From assembly GCA_951406725.2 (NCBI GenBank), contig OX597815.1, positions 185,318,001-185,382,000 on the forward strand: DNA of 64,000 nt, read 5' to 3'. The notes below the pieces were generated by a model. That model had not been told where the DNA came from and searched no databases. It worked only from the letters and a program-made list of their open reading frames with translations. This DNA comes from Octopus vulgaris. Taxonomy: Eukaryota. The position numbers and the translations under genes are program-made. Position 1 is the first letter of the stretch, and each line of letters opens with the position of its first letter. Positions 1-15,617 of this stretch are shown piece after piece.

Positions 1-11
1 CTTCTTTAAAA

Positions 12-100
12 ATAAGTTTTGGGTCGATTTGTTCGACTAAAACCCTCCAAGGCGGTGCTCCAACATGGCCGCAGTCAAATAACTGAAGACAGCAAAAGAA
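12..100 (+). mobile_element. SINE family A, 3' tail fragment
   Basis: gggtcgatttgttcgactaaa...ggcggtgctccaacatggccgcagtcaaataactgaa matches the tail of full copies such as 22697-23105. Confidence 0.8.
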
Positions 101-839
101 CAGATCTGAATTTATTGATGGTTATTGTCATAAGTTCTCTATATCATAGCTATTGATACCAACTACAACCCTGCTAACATATTCAAATATTAAGATTTAT
201 TCTTTTAACACCTTTTCAAAAGCTAGAGTTTAATGAAAAAATGCTGCCACTCGTCTTTTAAAAAGTTAACTATCTGCAACATATGGCACTCCTTATTATT
301 AATATTTTAATTTTTACCCTTTGGTAACAACTATTTTTAGGGAGACACTTTTTAAATATAAAATATGATTCTGAAAATGCTACAAGTACATTTTCCATGA
401 CTCACTTATCCCTTCACATAAGCTATAATAATTGCCTTCTGTAGGAACCTGAAAGATTTATCAAAAGGATTATTAGAAATATTTTCTAAAATTTCTCGTC
501 TAAAGACGCAATAAAGACAATCACGCTTGAATAGCGCCAAAATGCCACTCTTATTATTTACTGCAACCATCCAAAGCTGATTTATTTTCAATGATTAAAG
601 ATATCAAATTTATAAGGGACAAGAATATATTTTTCATAAAAGTGTTAAGAACTGTATAAGTTTAAATGCTAAAATCAAACAAAGATAAGTTTTAAATTTC
701 GATTCAACAAGTATAAAACAGATACGTTAACCAAATAAATTTACCACACATTTCTATCTCAAACTATATGCTCGATCTATATTTAAAAACAAAAGATATG
801 TTCTTTAAAAGTATATAAAAACAAATGACAAGAATATTT

Positions 840-1285
840 ATTTCTTCATTGCCCACAGCGGGGCAAAAGCTCGCGAGCAAAAGGGCAAAAACTCGCTCGA
901 TAGAGGAGACAAACAAGGACAGACAAACGGATTAAGTCGATTATATCGACCCCAGTGCGTAACTGGTACTTATTTAATCGACCTCAAAAGGATGAAATGC
1001 AAAGTCAACCTCGGCGGAATTTGAACTCAGAACGTAACGACAGACGAAATAACTATTTCTTTACTACCCACAAGGGGCTAAACACAGAGAGGAGAAACAA
1101 GGACAGACAAACGGATTACGTCGATTATATCGACCCCAGTGCGTAACTGGTACTTATTTAATCGACCCCGAAAGGATGAAAGGCAAAGTCCACCTCGGCG
1201 GTATTTGAACTCAGAACGTAACGGCAGACGAAATACCGTGAAGTATTTTGCCCGACATGCTAACGATTGTGCCAGCTCGTTGCCC
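840..1285 (-). mobile_element. SINE family B (Nin-domain-like), tandem units
   Basis: Reverse complement of gagttcaaattccgccgaggtcgactttgcctttcatcctttcggggtcgattaaataagtaccag, repeated; partial duplicate at 9132-9377. Confidence 0.85.
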
Positions 1286-1837
1286 TATAAATGATAAAAA
1301 CATTGTCACAGAAGCAAGTTTATAGGACAGAGACACTAGTAATCAAACAAAAGAGCCTTATTTATTTTGCAAGATCACATAGCTAACATTATCAATCGCT
1401 CTTCAAGTAGACTTAATAATTCTTTCAACAAAAATTTTAACAAAATTAGTATATATAAAGCAGTGGATTGACAGATCGTTAGCACCCTCTGAATTCAGAT
1501 TCTGCCGTATCGACTGTGTCTTTAATCCTTTCGGGATCAATAAAATAAGTACCAGTTAAACATTGGGGTCCGTTTAATCGATGTAACCCCTCCCTCACAA
1601 CTTCTGGTCGTGTGCCAATATTTGAAGCCAATACAAGTAAATGCATTTCGGATTTTATCAGCTAATCTTTAGCCTTAATCCATAATTACGTCTTTGGAAT
1701 AATTCCAATTCAGTAACAGATTTGTTTAATCTTATCCAGGATTTAAAACAACAATTTCCTTCGAATTTAATATATTTTTACTCTACAATCACTATACCTA
1801 TTGATACTTTTGCACTTAGCCATGCAAATTCGATCAC

Positions 1838-2044
1838 TTTTACTCTTTTAATGGTTTCAGTCATTTGACTGTGGCCACGCTGGAGCACCGCCTTTTAGTC
1901 GAGCAAATCGACCCTAGGACTTATTCTTTATAAGCCTAGTACTTATTCTATCAGTCTCTTTTGCCGAACCGCAAGGTGACAGGGACATAAACACACCAGC
2001 ATCAGTTGCCAAGTGATGTTGGGGTGACAAACATAGACACAAAC

Positions 2045-2079
<35 letters not shown>

Positions 2080-2245
2080 CATATATACGATGGGCTTCTT
2101 TCAGTTTCCGTCTACCAAATCCACTCACAAGGCTTTGGTTGGCCCGAGGCTATAATAGAAGACACTTGTCCAAGGTGCCACGCTGTGGGACAGAACCCGG
2201 AACCATGTGGTTCGTAAGCAAGCTATTTACAACACAGCTACTCCA
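1838..2245 (-). mobile_element. SINE family A (tRNA-derived head, internal (TA)n/(TG)n, LINE-like tail)
   Basis: Head with A-box-like and B-box-like motifs, body gtggatttggtagacggaaactgaaagaagcc, tail ggcggtgctccagcgtggccacagtcaaatgactgaaac; duplicate at 9930-10337. Confidence 0.9.
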
Positions 2246-3500
2246 ACGTTTAGAACAAAGACATTAATATTATATTGCACGTTTATTAACCTATTCTTTT
2301 GTGACAACTCTATTTCGACGAAGAAACAAAACACGGAACCCTTCGATATCAGCATGGGATGAAGATATTCAGATGAGTACTATGGTCTAATTGTATAACT
2401 TTAATCCACTACGCAAAGTATTTTCGTTGACCTCTGGTATTTTATATCGGAGTTCTTTTTTCTATACTTCCGTAATTTTAATCCAAACCACTGATACATG
2501 AGGCTCTTCATAAAGTTTTCGAAAATTCGAATTTTTCTGCCATATTTAAAGCTCACTTAATAGTCATCACCTTTCATGTTACATTTAATTTAAATGACTT
2601 TTTTTAATGTAGAAAACTCTCAAAATTCACTTTATAAACATCAAAGGAATTCTTCAATATGTTCAGGAATATACTCATCATCTCAATAGTGACGGTGAAA
2701 AGTTGGTAAAAAGTAGTTTTCCCTTTAAAAAATATACGTAGTCTTAAAACAAGCAAGTTTTTAACGAAATATTCAATTCTTTATTAGGAGTGGTTACACA
2801 GAATGAGTGAAATATACAAATACTGTTTTAAAACCTGAAGATACTTGTTCAAGGATATCTGGAAAGCGATATAATCCGTTATTCAAATTAAAATTTATAA
2901 CATTAGCAAACAGGCTTGGGAACTACTTTTAAAGTATTTTCCATAAAACTACAAAAACTAAACCATGTACAAAAAACGTACGGAAATCATTCAAGTACGA
3001 GACTAGTATAGGTAAAGTAGAAATATCATGATGGGCTAAAAAAAAAATAATAACCAGTTGTAGATTGAAAATAAAAGAGATGGCGAAGGCATTTCTTGCT
3101 GTTTAATCAGCGGAGGTTTGAAGCATACGTAATGTTTAATTTATTCGCTTTTATGGCAGCATGACATCTGGGTTGCAACCGCTTGAAGAAGGACAATATA
3201 AATATCTCGGTCGACGTATATAAATATCTCGCCGTGTAGGTTGGTAGTGGGTTGTTTTAGACGCTATAAAGCTACACTCCTTTATATTTCCACAGATAAA
3301 TACTAATCTATAAACATGATCTCGCCTTCTACATTTTTAGAATAGGTAAGGATCTTATTTAAACTTACCTTATAACCTCCAAACAGTCGATTGAACAGCA
3401 GTGACGAAACTTAATGATGCCTCTACCCTCCTGGTTTAATGTTTTCTCATACTACACACCACTCGTTCAATTCCGCTGGAATACTAATAACTTAATCTTA

Positions 3501-3525
3501 GATATATATATATATATATATATAT

Positions 3526-3594
<69 letters not shown>

Positions 3595-3710
3595 CAGACA
3601 GAGAGAGAGAGATAGATAGATAGATAGACAGAGAGATGAGAGATAGATAGATAGATAGATAGACAGACAGAGAGATGAGAGATAGATAGGCAGATAGATA
3701 GATAGATATG
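3501..3710. repeat. (TA)n/(GATA)n compound microsatellite
   Basis: Visible directly; duplicate at ~11593-11800. Confidence 0.95.
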
Positions 3711-4112
3711 TATGTATATACATACATGCATAGATAGATACATACATGCATACATACATGCATTGATATGTGAAGGTATAATATAGGTGAAAACATTTGC
3801 ATGCATATTATGAGCATCAATAGATATGCTTATATACATATGTATATATTCATAAACACACATACATACAAACATACATACACACACATATACATACATA
3901 ACCTTTCTTTAGAGATTACACTCTCTCTTGTATCTATTACCATTTCTTTTCCTTGTTTCTCCTATATCAAATGTGTTCACGGACTTTCTGTTTGTTATTC
4001 AAATCTGTACGCTCCCAGCTTACAGATTTATTCCCCATGTTCATTATCAAAGTAGATGACATTTAGGGAAAGAATATACTAGAGAAAAGCACTTATTCCT
4101 GCTGAGAATTGG

Positions 4113-4150
<38 letters not shown>

Positions 4151-5194
4151 AAAAATTTCATCTCGCCTCGCTACAGGTATTATAGATGCGTGTCTCCTTC
4201 TTGTGAATTATTAATAACGAAATACAAGACATTGCCACTCTCCCATATTATATGAGATTTAATATCAACACTTTCAAACTGAAGTGTGTGTGTGTGTGTT
4301 TGGTGTTTTGCATTCGTTTGTTAAATTTATGTGTTGATTTATGCTTGATTTTTTTTTTTTTTATAATACTGCAATACAACATTTTTCGCTTCATCCTACG
4401 AGGATTTGGAAATATTTCAAAATAAAACAAAATGCTTCTTTTTTTTCTCAAATACATTGTATTTTCCTTTTTATAATGTGTATCAAGAGAATATTACTTC
4501 AGATGCCTTCAGCGCTTTGTACGAGATTTTTTAAAATTGGATCACCATAAATGAATTTGCTCAACTTTCATACATTTACAGAATACCCTTGATATATTTT
4601 ACTGAATGGAAAGGAAACAACGCTATTATATATATATATATACATAAAGTATGTGTATGTATGGATGCGTGGATGCGTATATATTATGTTCCGTGATATC
4701 AAGTTTCCACTAAAATTTCTTGTTGTTGCCTTGAAGTCAAATGAGGATATGATAGTCTTTATATATTTTCAAAATCGCTCTCGTATTTACAAATGTACGT
4801 TTCGGTTCTATATTCCGAAAACAAATAAATACCTACAATAAATGTAAAGATAATGTTACAGATTGTTACATATACTTATTAAGATCACTTACAACATCAC
4901 TGTTATTTTGAAAAAAATTACTTAAATCTCTTTTACAGTTTTTCTTATTCATTTGATATGTTCGTGTAGAACGTGGCACGATATTATATATGATGAGCAA
5001 AAGGACGGTGCTGAGTTGTCAAACATTTAAACCAAACTTTCTCAAAACAACTTGTCCGACCGTCCCATAGGCCTCCCCATTTGAGAAACACTGATTTAAC
5101 CTACATTTGAGACACCAGCAAAAGAAGAAATACAGATAGACTTTTTTTTTATTACAAAGAAAAACGATTTTATTCACTTTATCGATCGCATTCT

Positions 5195-5337
5195 CACTTG
5201 GAATCGATTTTTGTAATTTTTTTCAAGACTGATAGCGTTGGTATTTACATATCAAATTTGAGTGCAATCGGATGGAGGATGCCCGAGATCCTAGAAGACA
5301 CACACACAGACAGACAGAACGGATTTTATATAATAGA
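5195..5337 (-). mobile_element. Non-autonomous Helitron-like 5' end
   Basis: Minus strand reads A|TCTATTATATAAAATCCGTTCTGTCTGTCTGTGTGTG...CCGATTGCACTCAAATTTG: TC terminus after A plus a (GTCT)n subterminal microsatellite, a common layout in invertebrate non-autonomous Helitrons. Duplicate at ~13286-13428. Confidence 0.55.
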
Positions 5338-5639
5338 TTAGATTTTCGCCTTTTTTTAGACTTGGTCTAAATAATAACGGTGACAGTGGATGTCATAAGC
5401 CCTTATAAGTGATGTGTTTGATGGAGTTGGTTACGTTTCTGAACAAATTCAAGTAGTCGACATAGACAACCGTAGAACAAAATATTATATTATTTAGGGT
5501 AATTTAGAATGCGTCTATGTTAAGGAGTCAAGCCTCGCGAACAAGGTACAATATTTGTAATGTAAGGGTAAGCGTCGAGTAAAACGGATGTCCTCACTTG
5601 TTGCGGTACCATTCGCCCCTGTATTGAGTACTGCTGTCA

Positions 5640-5830
5640 CAGGTGCTCCTGCGGATTGCATAACTCTGTTGGACCGCACTCAACACCGTATTTGTAATGT
5701 TATTGGTCCTGATCTATCTTCTAAATTGGATTCATTCTCTCATCGTCGTCATGTGGCTTCCTTGTCTCCTTTCTTTAAATATTTCCATGGACATTGTTCA
5801 GCTGAAATCTCTTCTCTGGTGTCTTATTCA
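5640..5830 (+). pseudogene. Non-LTR (Jockey/CR1-group) ORF2 C-terminal remnant
   Basis: LLDRTQHRICNVIG...LDSFSHRRHVASLSPFFKYFHGHCSAEI resembles the post-RT LLDRVQ...LSHRRxVASLSLFYRYxHGxCS motif. Duplicate at ~13731-13921. Confidence 0.7.
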
Positions 5831-6489
5831 AACCCCACAAAATTCCCCTCAACACATGGCTATGATGCCACCCCAATAATTTCTGCTCGTGATCAGAGAT
5901 GCACATATTATCAACCGCCAAGCGACATGCTCAAATTGTCAAACATTTGACGAGCGAATGTGTGATATTGAGCAGAATATTTGATGTATTGCATCTGTTA
6001 CACCAAGACAAGGCAATCTACATAGTAACACTACCAATAAGTTAAGATCAGAAGCCATGAGAATCATCATCATCATCATTATTATTATTATTATTATTCG
6101 TTCGAATTCATTCTGACAAACGATGAGTAAAACAATATAATTTACAATTAACTCAAATACTTTGAACAGTTTTATTTTGTAAATATTTAGGAGACATGCA
6201 ACATATTGCTTTAAAATTCTTAGTAAAATCATGAACTTCAAAAAAATTTATTACAACATTCTTATTAATTTAAAATCTCTAATAATTCCCTTTCTTGTTT
6301 TAGCTTTAATGTTATGCTTTGACCTGGGTATGTTCTCTGTGAGTTATAAAATTTAAACTAAATTTCAGTACAGAGAAGTAAATTGCCCATCAAGTTTTCT
6401 TTCTTCTCCAGTTTATCGATAATTCATGCGTAGACAATATTATGAAAAACGACGTTAACAATAGAATTATAAATTATAAACATACAGCA

Positions 6490-6490
6490 T

Positions 6491-6531
<41 letters not shown>

Positions 6532-6563
6532 TATATAGATATATAGATATATGTGTGTGTATG

Positions 6564-6594
<31 letters not shown>

Positions 6595-6927
6595 ATGTGT
6601 GTGTATATATATATGTGTATGTGTGTGTATATATATATGTGTATGTGTGTATATATATATATGTGTAAGTATGTATACATATATGCGTGTGTATATATAT
6701 ATGTGTATGTATGTATACATATATATATATGTATATACATATGTGTATGTATGTATACATATATATATATGTATATACATGTGTGTATGTATGTATATAT
6801 AAACATATATATATATGTATTTATGTATGTGTATATTTATATATATGTATGTAGATATATATATGTGTGTATATTTATATATGTATATTTTTTATATATG
6901 CATGTATATGTGTATATATATATATGC

Positions 6928-6971
<44 letters not shown>

Positions 6972-7445
6972 GCGTGTGTGAGTGTGTAAAATAAGGTTAA
7001 TGAGATATATAATACAGAAAATTAAATGAATGAAATGGAAACTTTTCGATGTTAAATATTTGCATTCGATACGTGAATAATCACCTTTCAATTTCATTGG
7101 GAAATTTTCAAAGGGAAAATGAGTTTATGCGTTTCATTTTTTAATTTCGCGAACCAGCGATTACAAATGCTTGGTGTTTCATCATATGAAGTCCGGTTAG
7201 TGATATGCTGAATCGCTTATGATTCCTATGTACGACAAGAGTCATTTGCGCTCTAGTTTCATTTCACTACTATTACCAATGCTCTTACTGTGATTATTAA
7301 TACTGCACATATCTCTAAAATTATGAATTTCCTTAGAACATTATCAAATGTCAATTAGAGATACATTAAAAACTGCTCTCTGCTATTCTAGTTGTCATTT
7401 AGAAGAAATATACATACATACATACACATACAAACACACACACAT

Positions 7446-7527
<82 letters not shown>

Positions 7528-7669
7528 AAGACTTGGCCCCCGTGCTATCCGCCCACTACAAAAAGGGAACTCGGTACACATAGCAAAATTACGTTGTATA
7601 TATCGGGGTGCCACGTATATATATATATACATCAGTATACATATATATAATGTAATAAATAAAATACAT

Positions 7670-7710
<41 letters not shown>

Positions 7711-8109
7711 TGTATATATATATGTGTATATATATGTATATATATATATATGTATATATATGTATATATATGTATATATATGTATATATATATATATGTA
7801 TATATATATGTATATATATATGTATATATATATATATGTATATAGATATATATGTATATAGATATATATGTATATATATATATATATGTATATAGATATA
7901 TATGTATATATATATATGTATATATATACGTATATGTATATATATATGTATATATATATGTATATATATATGTATATATATGTATATATATATCTATATA
8001 TACAGCAGTATACATACATATATATATACATATATATGTATATATATATATATATCAGTATATATATATATAGTATATATATGTATATATATACTATATA
8101 TATGTATAC

Positions 8110-8145
<36 letters not shown>

Positions 8146-8199
8146 ATACATATATATACATATATATGTATATATATATATATATATACAGCAGTATAC

Positions 8200-8244
<45 letters not shown>

Positions 8245-8279
8245 AAAAGCAATAAAGATTCAAGTTAATTTAAATATAC

Positions 8280-8310
<31 letters not shown>
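6490..8310. repeat. Long (TA)n/(TG)n/(TATG)n compound microsatellite blocks with short unique islands
   Basis: Visible directly; source of the I/Y-repeat ORFs; duplicate at ~14582-16372. Confidence 0.9.
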
Positions 8311-8311
<1 letters not shown>

Positions 8312-9031
8312 GGATAGGTTTTTATATATACAAGGACAGGTTTTATTAAAAGTTGCAAAAATTACAGCATATAAACATGTCCCGTACTCATCAGCTAAAA
8401 TACATGTGAGTTCTCTAGACATCCTAGTGGTTGAGGCTATACTCATGAAGTAATGTAGATAATTAAATAACATAAACAGATTTCAAAAGTTCATTAAAGT
8501 TCTTTAAAGATGATTTACAGTCTTATTACAGAATTTCAAAAAAGTCTTAATAGCATCACAGAATTTCAAAAAAGTCTTAATAGCATCACAGAGAAGGTGA
8601 CCCGATCCACAGTGCACATATGAATTTCCAGAGATATGATGAGGGGTTACATACTCACAGAAAGCAAATTTATCCATTGTCAATTATAACGAGGTGGGTT
8701 TCAATTCCTGCTTATTAGCATTACAGAGAGGGTGAGTTAATCCTTTGTATAGATGCACAATTTCCAATGGTGTAGGTGTAAATTTCCAAGGAATTTCATA
8801 TTCACCGGCGATAAATTTATCAATGGTTGAACACAATGAGGTAGGTATCAAATCTTGCTATATGAATAGGTATTTGTCACATTAATCAGATTACTGCTAT
8901 TTACAAGAGGCTGTAGCTATTTGATTTTTAAGGCTGAAGAGCTTACTAGAGCTGTATAGAATAGAAGAGGGAAGGGCATAGAAGAGAAGCGAGAAAATAA
9001 AATAGAGAGAAAATAAAAGAGGAGGGAGCAA

Positions 9032-9131
9032 NNNNNNNNNNNNNNNNNNNNNNNNNNNNNNNNNNNNNNNNNNNNNNNNNNNNNNNNNNNNNNNNNNNNN
9101 NNNNNNNNNNNNNNNNNNNNNNNNNNNNNNN
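9032..9131. other. Assembly gap (100 N)
   Basis: Run of 100 N. Confidence 1.
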
Positions 9132-10136
9132 ACAGACGAAATAACTATTTCTTTACTACCCACAAGGGGCTAAACACAGAGAGGAGAAACAAGGACAGAC
9201 AAACGGATTACGTCGATTATATCGACCCCAGTGCGTAACTGGTACTTATTTAATCGACCCCGAAAGGATGAAAGGCAAAGTCCACCTCGGCGGTATTTGA
9301 ACTCAGAACGTAACGGCAGACGAAATACCGTGAAGTATTTTGCCCGACATGCTAACGATTGTGCCAGCTCGTTGCCCTATAAATGATAAAAACATTGTCA
9401 CAGAAGCAAGTTTATAGGACAGAGACACTAGTAATCAAACAAAAGAGCCTTATTTATTTTGCAAGATCACATAGCTAACATTATCAATCGCTCTTCAAGT
9501 AGACTTAATAATTCTTTCAACAAAAATTTTAACAAAATTAGTATATATAAAGCAGTGGATTGACAGATCGTTAGCACCCTCTGAATTCAGATTCTGCCGT
9601 ATCGACTGTGTCTTTAATCCTTTCGGGATCAATAAAATAAGTACCAGTTAAACATTGGGGTCCGTTTAATCGATGTAACCCCTCCCTCACAACTTCTGGT
9701 CGTGTGCCAATATTTGAAGCCAATACAAGTAAATGCATTTCGGATTTTATCAGCTAATCTTTAGCCTTAATCCATAATTACGTCTTTGGAATAATTCCAA
9801 TTCAGTAACAGATTTGTTTAATCTTATCCAGGATTTAAAACAACAATTTCCTTCGAATTTAATATATTTTTACTCTACAATCACTATACCTATTGATACT
9901 TTTGCACTTAGCCATGCAAATTCGATCACTTTTACTCTTTTAATGGTTTCAGTCATTTGACTGTGGCCACGCTGGAGCACCGCCTTTTAGTCGAGCAAAT
10001 CGACCCTAGGACTTATTCTTTATAAGCCTAGTACTTATTCTATCAGTCTCTTTTGCCGAACCGCAAGGTGACAGGGACATAAACACACCAGCATCAGTTG
10101 CCAAGTGATGTTGGGGTGACAAACATAGACACAAAC

Positions 10137-10171
<35 letters not shown>

Positions 10172-11613
10172 CATATATACGATGGGCTTCTTTCAGTTTC
10201 CGTCTACCAAATCCACTCACAAGGCTTTGGTTGGCCCGAGGCTATAATAGAAGACACTTGTCCAAGGTGCCACGCTGTGGGACAGAACCCGGAACCATGT
10301 GGTTCGTAAGCAAGCTATTTACAACACAGCTACTCCAACGTTTAGAACAAAGACATTAATATTATATTGCACGTTTATTAACCTATTCTTTTGTGACAAC
10401 TCTATTTCGACGAAGAAACAAAACACGGAACCCTTCGATATCAGCATGGGATGAAGATATTCAGATGAGTACTATGGTCTAATTGTATAACTTTAATCCA
10501 CTACGCAAAGTATTTTCGTTGACCTCTGGTATTTTATATCGGAGTTCTTTTTTCTATACTTCCGTAATTTTAATCCAAACCACTGATACATGAGGCTCTT
10601 CATAAAGTTTTCGAAAATTCGAATTTTTCTGCCATATTTAAAGCTCACTTAATAGTCATCACCTTTCATGTTACATTTAATTTAAATGACTTTTTTTAAT
10701 GTAGAAAACTCTCAAAATTCACTTTATAAACATCAAAGGAATTCTTCAATATGTTCAGGAATATACTCATCATCTCAATAGTGACGGTGAAAAGTTGGTA
10801 AAAAGTAGTTTTCCCTTTAAAAAATATACGTAGTCTTAAAACAAGCAAGTTTTTAACGAAATATTCAATTCTTTATTAGGAGTGGTTACACAGAATGAGT
10901 GAAATATACAAATACTGTTTTAAAACCTGAAGATACTTGTTCAAGGATATCTGGAAAGCGATATAATCCGTTATTCAAATTAAAATTTATAACATTAGCA
11001 AACAGGCTTGGGAACTACTTTTAAAGTATTTTCCATAAAACTACAAAAACTAAACCATGTACAAAAAACGTACGGAAATCATTCAAGTACGAGACTAGTA
11101 TAGGTAAAGTAGAAATATCATGATGGGCTAAAAAAAAAATAATAACCAGTTGTAGATTGAAAATAAAAGAGATGGCGAAGGCATTTCTTGCTGTTTAATC
11201 AGCGGAGGTTTGAAGCATACGTAATGTTTAATTTATTCGCTTTTATGGCAGCATGACATCTGGGTTGCAACCGCTTGAAGAAGGACAATATAAATATCTC
11301 GGTCGACGTATATAAATATCTCGCCGTGTAGGTTGGTAGTGGGTTGTTTTAGACGCTATAAAGCTACACTCCTTTATATTTCCACAGATAAATACTAATC
11401 TATAAACATGATCTCGCCTTCTACATTTTTAGAATAGGTAAGGATCTTATTTAAACTTACCTTATAACCTCCAAACAGTCGATTGAACAGCAGTGACGAA
11501 ACTTAATGATGCCTCTACCCTCCTGGTTTAATGTTTTCTCATACTACACACCACTCGTTCAATTCCGCTGGAATACTAATAACTTAATCTTAGATATATA
11601 TATATATATATAT

Positions 11614-11682
<69 letters not shown>

Positions 11683-12201
11683 CAGACAGAGAGATGAGAG
11701 ATAGATAGATAGATAGACAGAGAGATGAGAGATAGATAGATAGATAGATAGACAGACAGAGAGATGAGAGATAGATAGGCAGATAGATAGATAGATATGT
11801 ATGTATATACATACATGCATAGATAGATACATACATACATACATACATGCATTGATATGTGAAGGTATAATATAGGTGAAAACATTTGCATGCATATTAT
11901 GAGCATCAATAGATATGCTTATATACATATGTATATATTCATAAACACACATACATACAAACATACATACACACACATATACATACATAACCTTTCTTTA
12001 GAGATTACACTCTCTCTTGTATCTATTACCATTTCTTTTCCTTGTTTCTCCTATATCAAATGTGTTCACGGACTTTCTGTTTGTTATTCAAATCTGTACG
12101 CTCCCAGCTTACAGATTTATTCCCCATGTTCATTATCAAAGTAGATGACATTTAGGGAAAGAATATACTAGAGAAAAGCACTTATTCCTGCTGAGAATTG
12201 G

Positions 12202-12239
<38 letters not shown>

Positions 12240-14582
12240 AAAAATTTCATCTCGCCTCGCTACAGGTATTATAGATGCGTGTCTCCTTCTTGTGAATTAT
12301 TAATAACGAAATACAAGACATTGCCACTCTCCCATATTATATGAGATTTAATATCAACACTTTCAAACTGAAGTGTGTGTGTGTGTGTTTGGTGTTTTGC
12401 ATTCGTTTGTTAAATTTATGTGTTGATTTATGCTTGATTTTTTTTTTTTTATAATACTGCAATACAACATTTTTCGCTTCATCCTACGAGGATTTGGAAA
12501 TATTTCAAAATAAAACAAAATGCTTCTTTTTTTTTTCTCAAATACATTGTATTTTCCTTTTTATAATGTGTATCAAGAGAATATTACTTCAGATGCCTTC
12601 AGCGCTTTGTACGAGATTTTTTTAAAATTGGATCACCATAAATGAATTTGCTCAACTTTCATACATTTACAGAATACCCTTGATATATTTTACTGAATGG
12701 AAAGGAAACAACGCTATTATATATATATATATACATAAAGTATGTGTATGTATGGATGCGTGGATGCGTATATATTATGTTCCGTGATATCAAGTTTCCA
12801 CTAAAATTTCTTGTTGTTGCCTTGAAGTCAAATGAGGATATGATAGTCTTTATATATTTTCAAAATCGCTCTCGTATTTACAAATGTACGTTTCGGTTCT
12901 ATATTCCGAAAACAAATAAATACCTACAATAAATGTAAAGATAATGTTACAGATTGTTACATATACTTATTAAGATCACTTACAACATCACTGTTATTTT
13001 GAAAAAAATTACTTAAATCTCTTTTACAGTTTTTCTTATTCATTTGATATGTTCGTGTAGAACGTGGCACGATATTATATATGATGAGCAAAAGGACGGT
13101 GCTGAGTTGTCAAACATTTAAACCAAACTTTCTCAAAACAACTTGTCCGACCGTCCCATAGGCCTCCCCATTTGAGAAACACTGATTTAACCTACATTTG
13201 AGACACCAGCAAAAGAAGAAATACAGATAGACTTTTTTTTTATTACAAAGAAAAACGATTTTATTCACTTTATCGATCGCATTCTCACTTGGAATCGATT
13301 TTTGTAATTTTTTTCAAGACTGATAGCGTTGGTATTTACATATCAAATTTGAGTGCAATCGGATGGAGGATGCCCGAGATCCTAGAAGACACACACACAG
13401 ACAGACAGAACGGATTTTATATAATAGATTAGATTTTCGCCTTTTTTTAGACTTGGTCTAAATAATAACGGTGACAGTGGATGTCATAAGCCCTTATAAG
13501 TGATGTGTTTGATGGAGTTGGTTACGTTTCTGAACAAATTCAAGTAGTCGACATAGACAACCGTAGAACAAAATATTATATTATTTAGGGTAATTTAGAA
13601 TGCGTCTATGTTAAGGAGTCAAGCCTCGCGAACAAGGTACAATATTTGTAATGTAAGGGTAAGCGTCGAGTAAAACGGATGTCCTCACTTGTTGCGGTAC
13701 CATTCGCCCCTGTATTGAGTACTGCTGTCACAGGTGCTCCTGCGGATTGCATAACTCTGTTGGACCGCACTCAACACCGTATTTGTAATGTTATTGGTCC
13801 TGATCTATCTTCTAAATTGGATTCATTCTCTCATCGTCGTCATGTGGCTTCCTTGTCTCCTTTCTTTAAATATTTCCATGGACATTGTTCAGCTGAAATC
13901 TCTTCTCTGGTGTCTTATTCAAACCCCACAAAATTCCCCTCAACACATGGCTATGATGCCACCCCAATAATTTCTGCTCGTGATCAGAGATGCACATATT
14001 ATCAACCGCCAAGCGACATGCTCAAATTGTCAAACATTTGACGAGCGAATGTGTGATATTGAGCAGAATATTTGATGTATTGCATCTGTTACACCAAGAC
14101 AAGGCAATCTACATAGTAACACTACCAATAAGTTAAGATCAGAAGCCATGAGAATCATCATCATCATCATTATTATTATTATTATTATTCGTTCGAATTC
14201 ATTCTGACAAACGATGAGTAAAACAATATAATTTACAATTAACTCAAATACTTTGAACAGTTTTATTTTGTAAATATTTAGGAGACATGCAACATATTGC
14301 TTTAAAATTCTTAGTAAAATCATGAACTTCAAAAAAAATTTATTACAACATTCTTATTAATTTAAAATCTCTAATAATTCCCTTTCTTGTTTTAGCTTTA
14401 ATGTTATGCTTTGACCTGGGTATGTTCTCTGTGAGTTATAAAATTTAAACTAAATTTCAGTACAGAGAAGTAAATTGCCCATCAAGTTTTCTTTCTTCTC
14501 CAGTTTATCGATAATTCATGCGTAGACAATATTATGAAAAACGACGTTAACAATAGAATTATAAATTATAAACATACAGCAT

Positions 14583-14623
<41 letters not shown>

Positions 14624-14655
14624 TATATAGATATATAGATATATGTGTGTGTATG

Positions 14656-14686
<31 letters not shown>

Positions 14687-15019
14687 ATGTGTGTGTATAT
14701 ATATATGTGTATGTGTGTGTATATATATATGTGTATGTGTGTATATATATATATGTGTAAGTATGTATACATATATGCGTGTGTATATATATATGTGTAT
14801 GTATGTATACATATATATATATGTATATACATATGTGTATGTATGTATACATATATATATATGTATATACATGTGTGTATGTATGTATATATAAACATAT
14901 ATATATATGTATTTATGTATGTGTATATTTATATATATGTATGTAGATATATATATGTGTGTATATTTATATATGTATATTTTTTATATATGTATGTATA
15001 TGTGTATATATATATATGC

Positions 15020-15065
<46 letters not shown>

Positions 15066-15539
15066 GCGTGTGTGAGTGTGTAAAATAAGGTTAATGAGAT
15101 ATATAATACAGAAAATTAAATGAATGAAATGGAAACTTTTCGATGTTAAATATTTGCATTCGATACGTGAATAATCACCTTTCAATTTCATTGGGAAATT
15201 TTCAAAGGGAAAATGAGTTTATGCGTTTCATTTTTTAATTTCGCGAACCAGCGATTACAAATGCTTGGTGTTTCATCATATGAAGTCCGGTTAGTGATAT
15301 GCTGAATCGCTTATGATTCCTATGTACGACAAGAGTCATTTGCGCTCTAGTTTCATTTCACTACTATTACCAATGCTCTTACTGTGATTATTAATACTGC
15401 ACATATCTCTAAAATTATGAATTTCCTTAGAACATTATCAAATGTCAATTAGAGATACATTAAAAACTGCTCTCTGCTATTCTAGTTGTCATTTAGAAGA
15501 AATATACATACATACATACACATACAAACACACACACAT

Positions 15540-15617
<78 letters not shown>

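Larger units (their letters stand above)
1040..9031 (+). repeat. Copy 1 of ~8.1 kb near-identical duplication (likely assembly overlap)
   Basis: Matches 9132-17241 at an initial offset of 8092, differing mainly in microsatellite and homopolymer lengths; ends exactly at the N gap. Confidence 0.95.

Noticed and set aside
955-1146. Recurring short ORFs (MRNWYLFNRP..., ...[15 protein letters not shown]...)
   Set aside because: Incidental frames within SINE families A and B.
6467-8317. Many long I/Y/H/T/C/V-repeat ORFs here and at 14.5-16.4, 25, 53-55 and 58-60 kb
   Set aside because: Translations of (TA)n, (TG)n and (CATA)n microsatellites, which lack stop codons.
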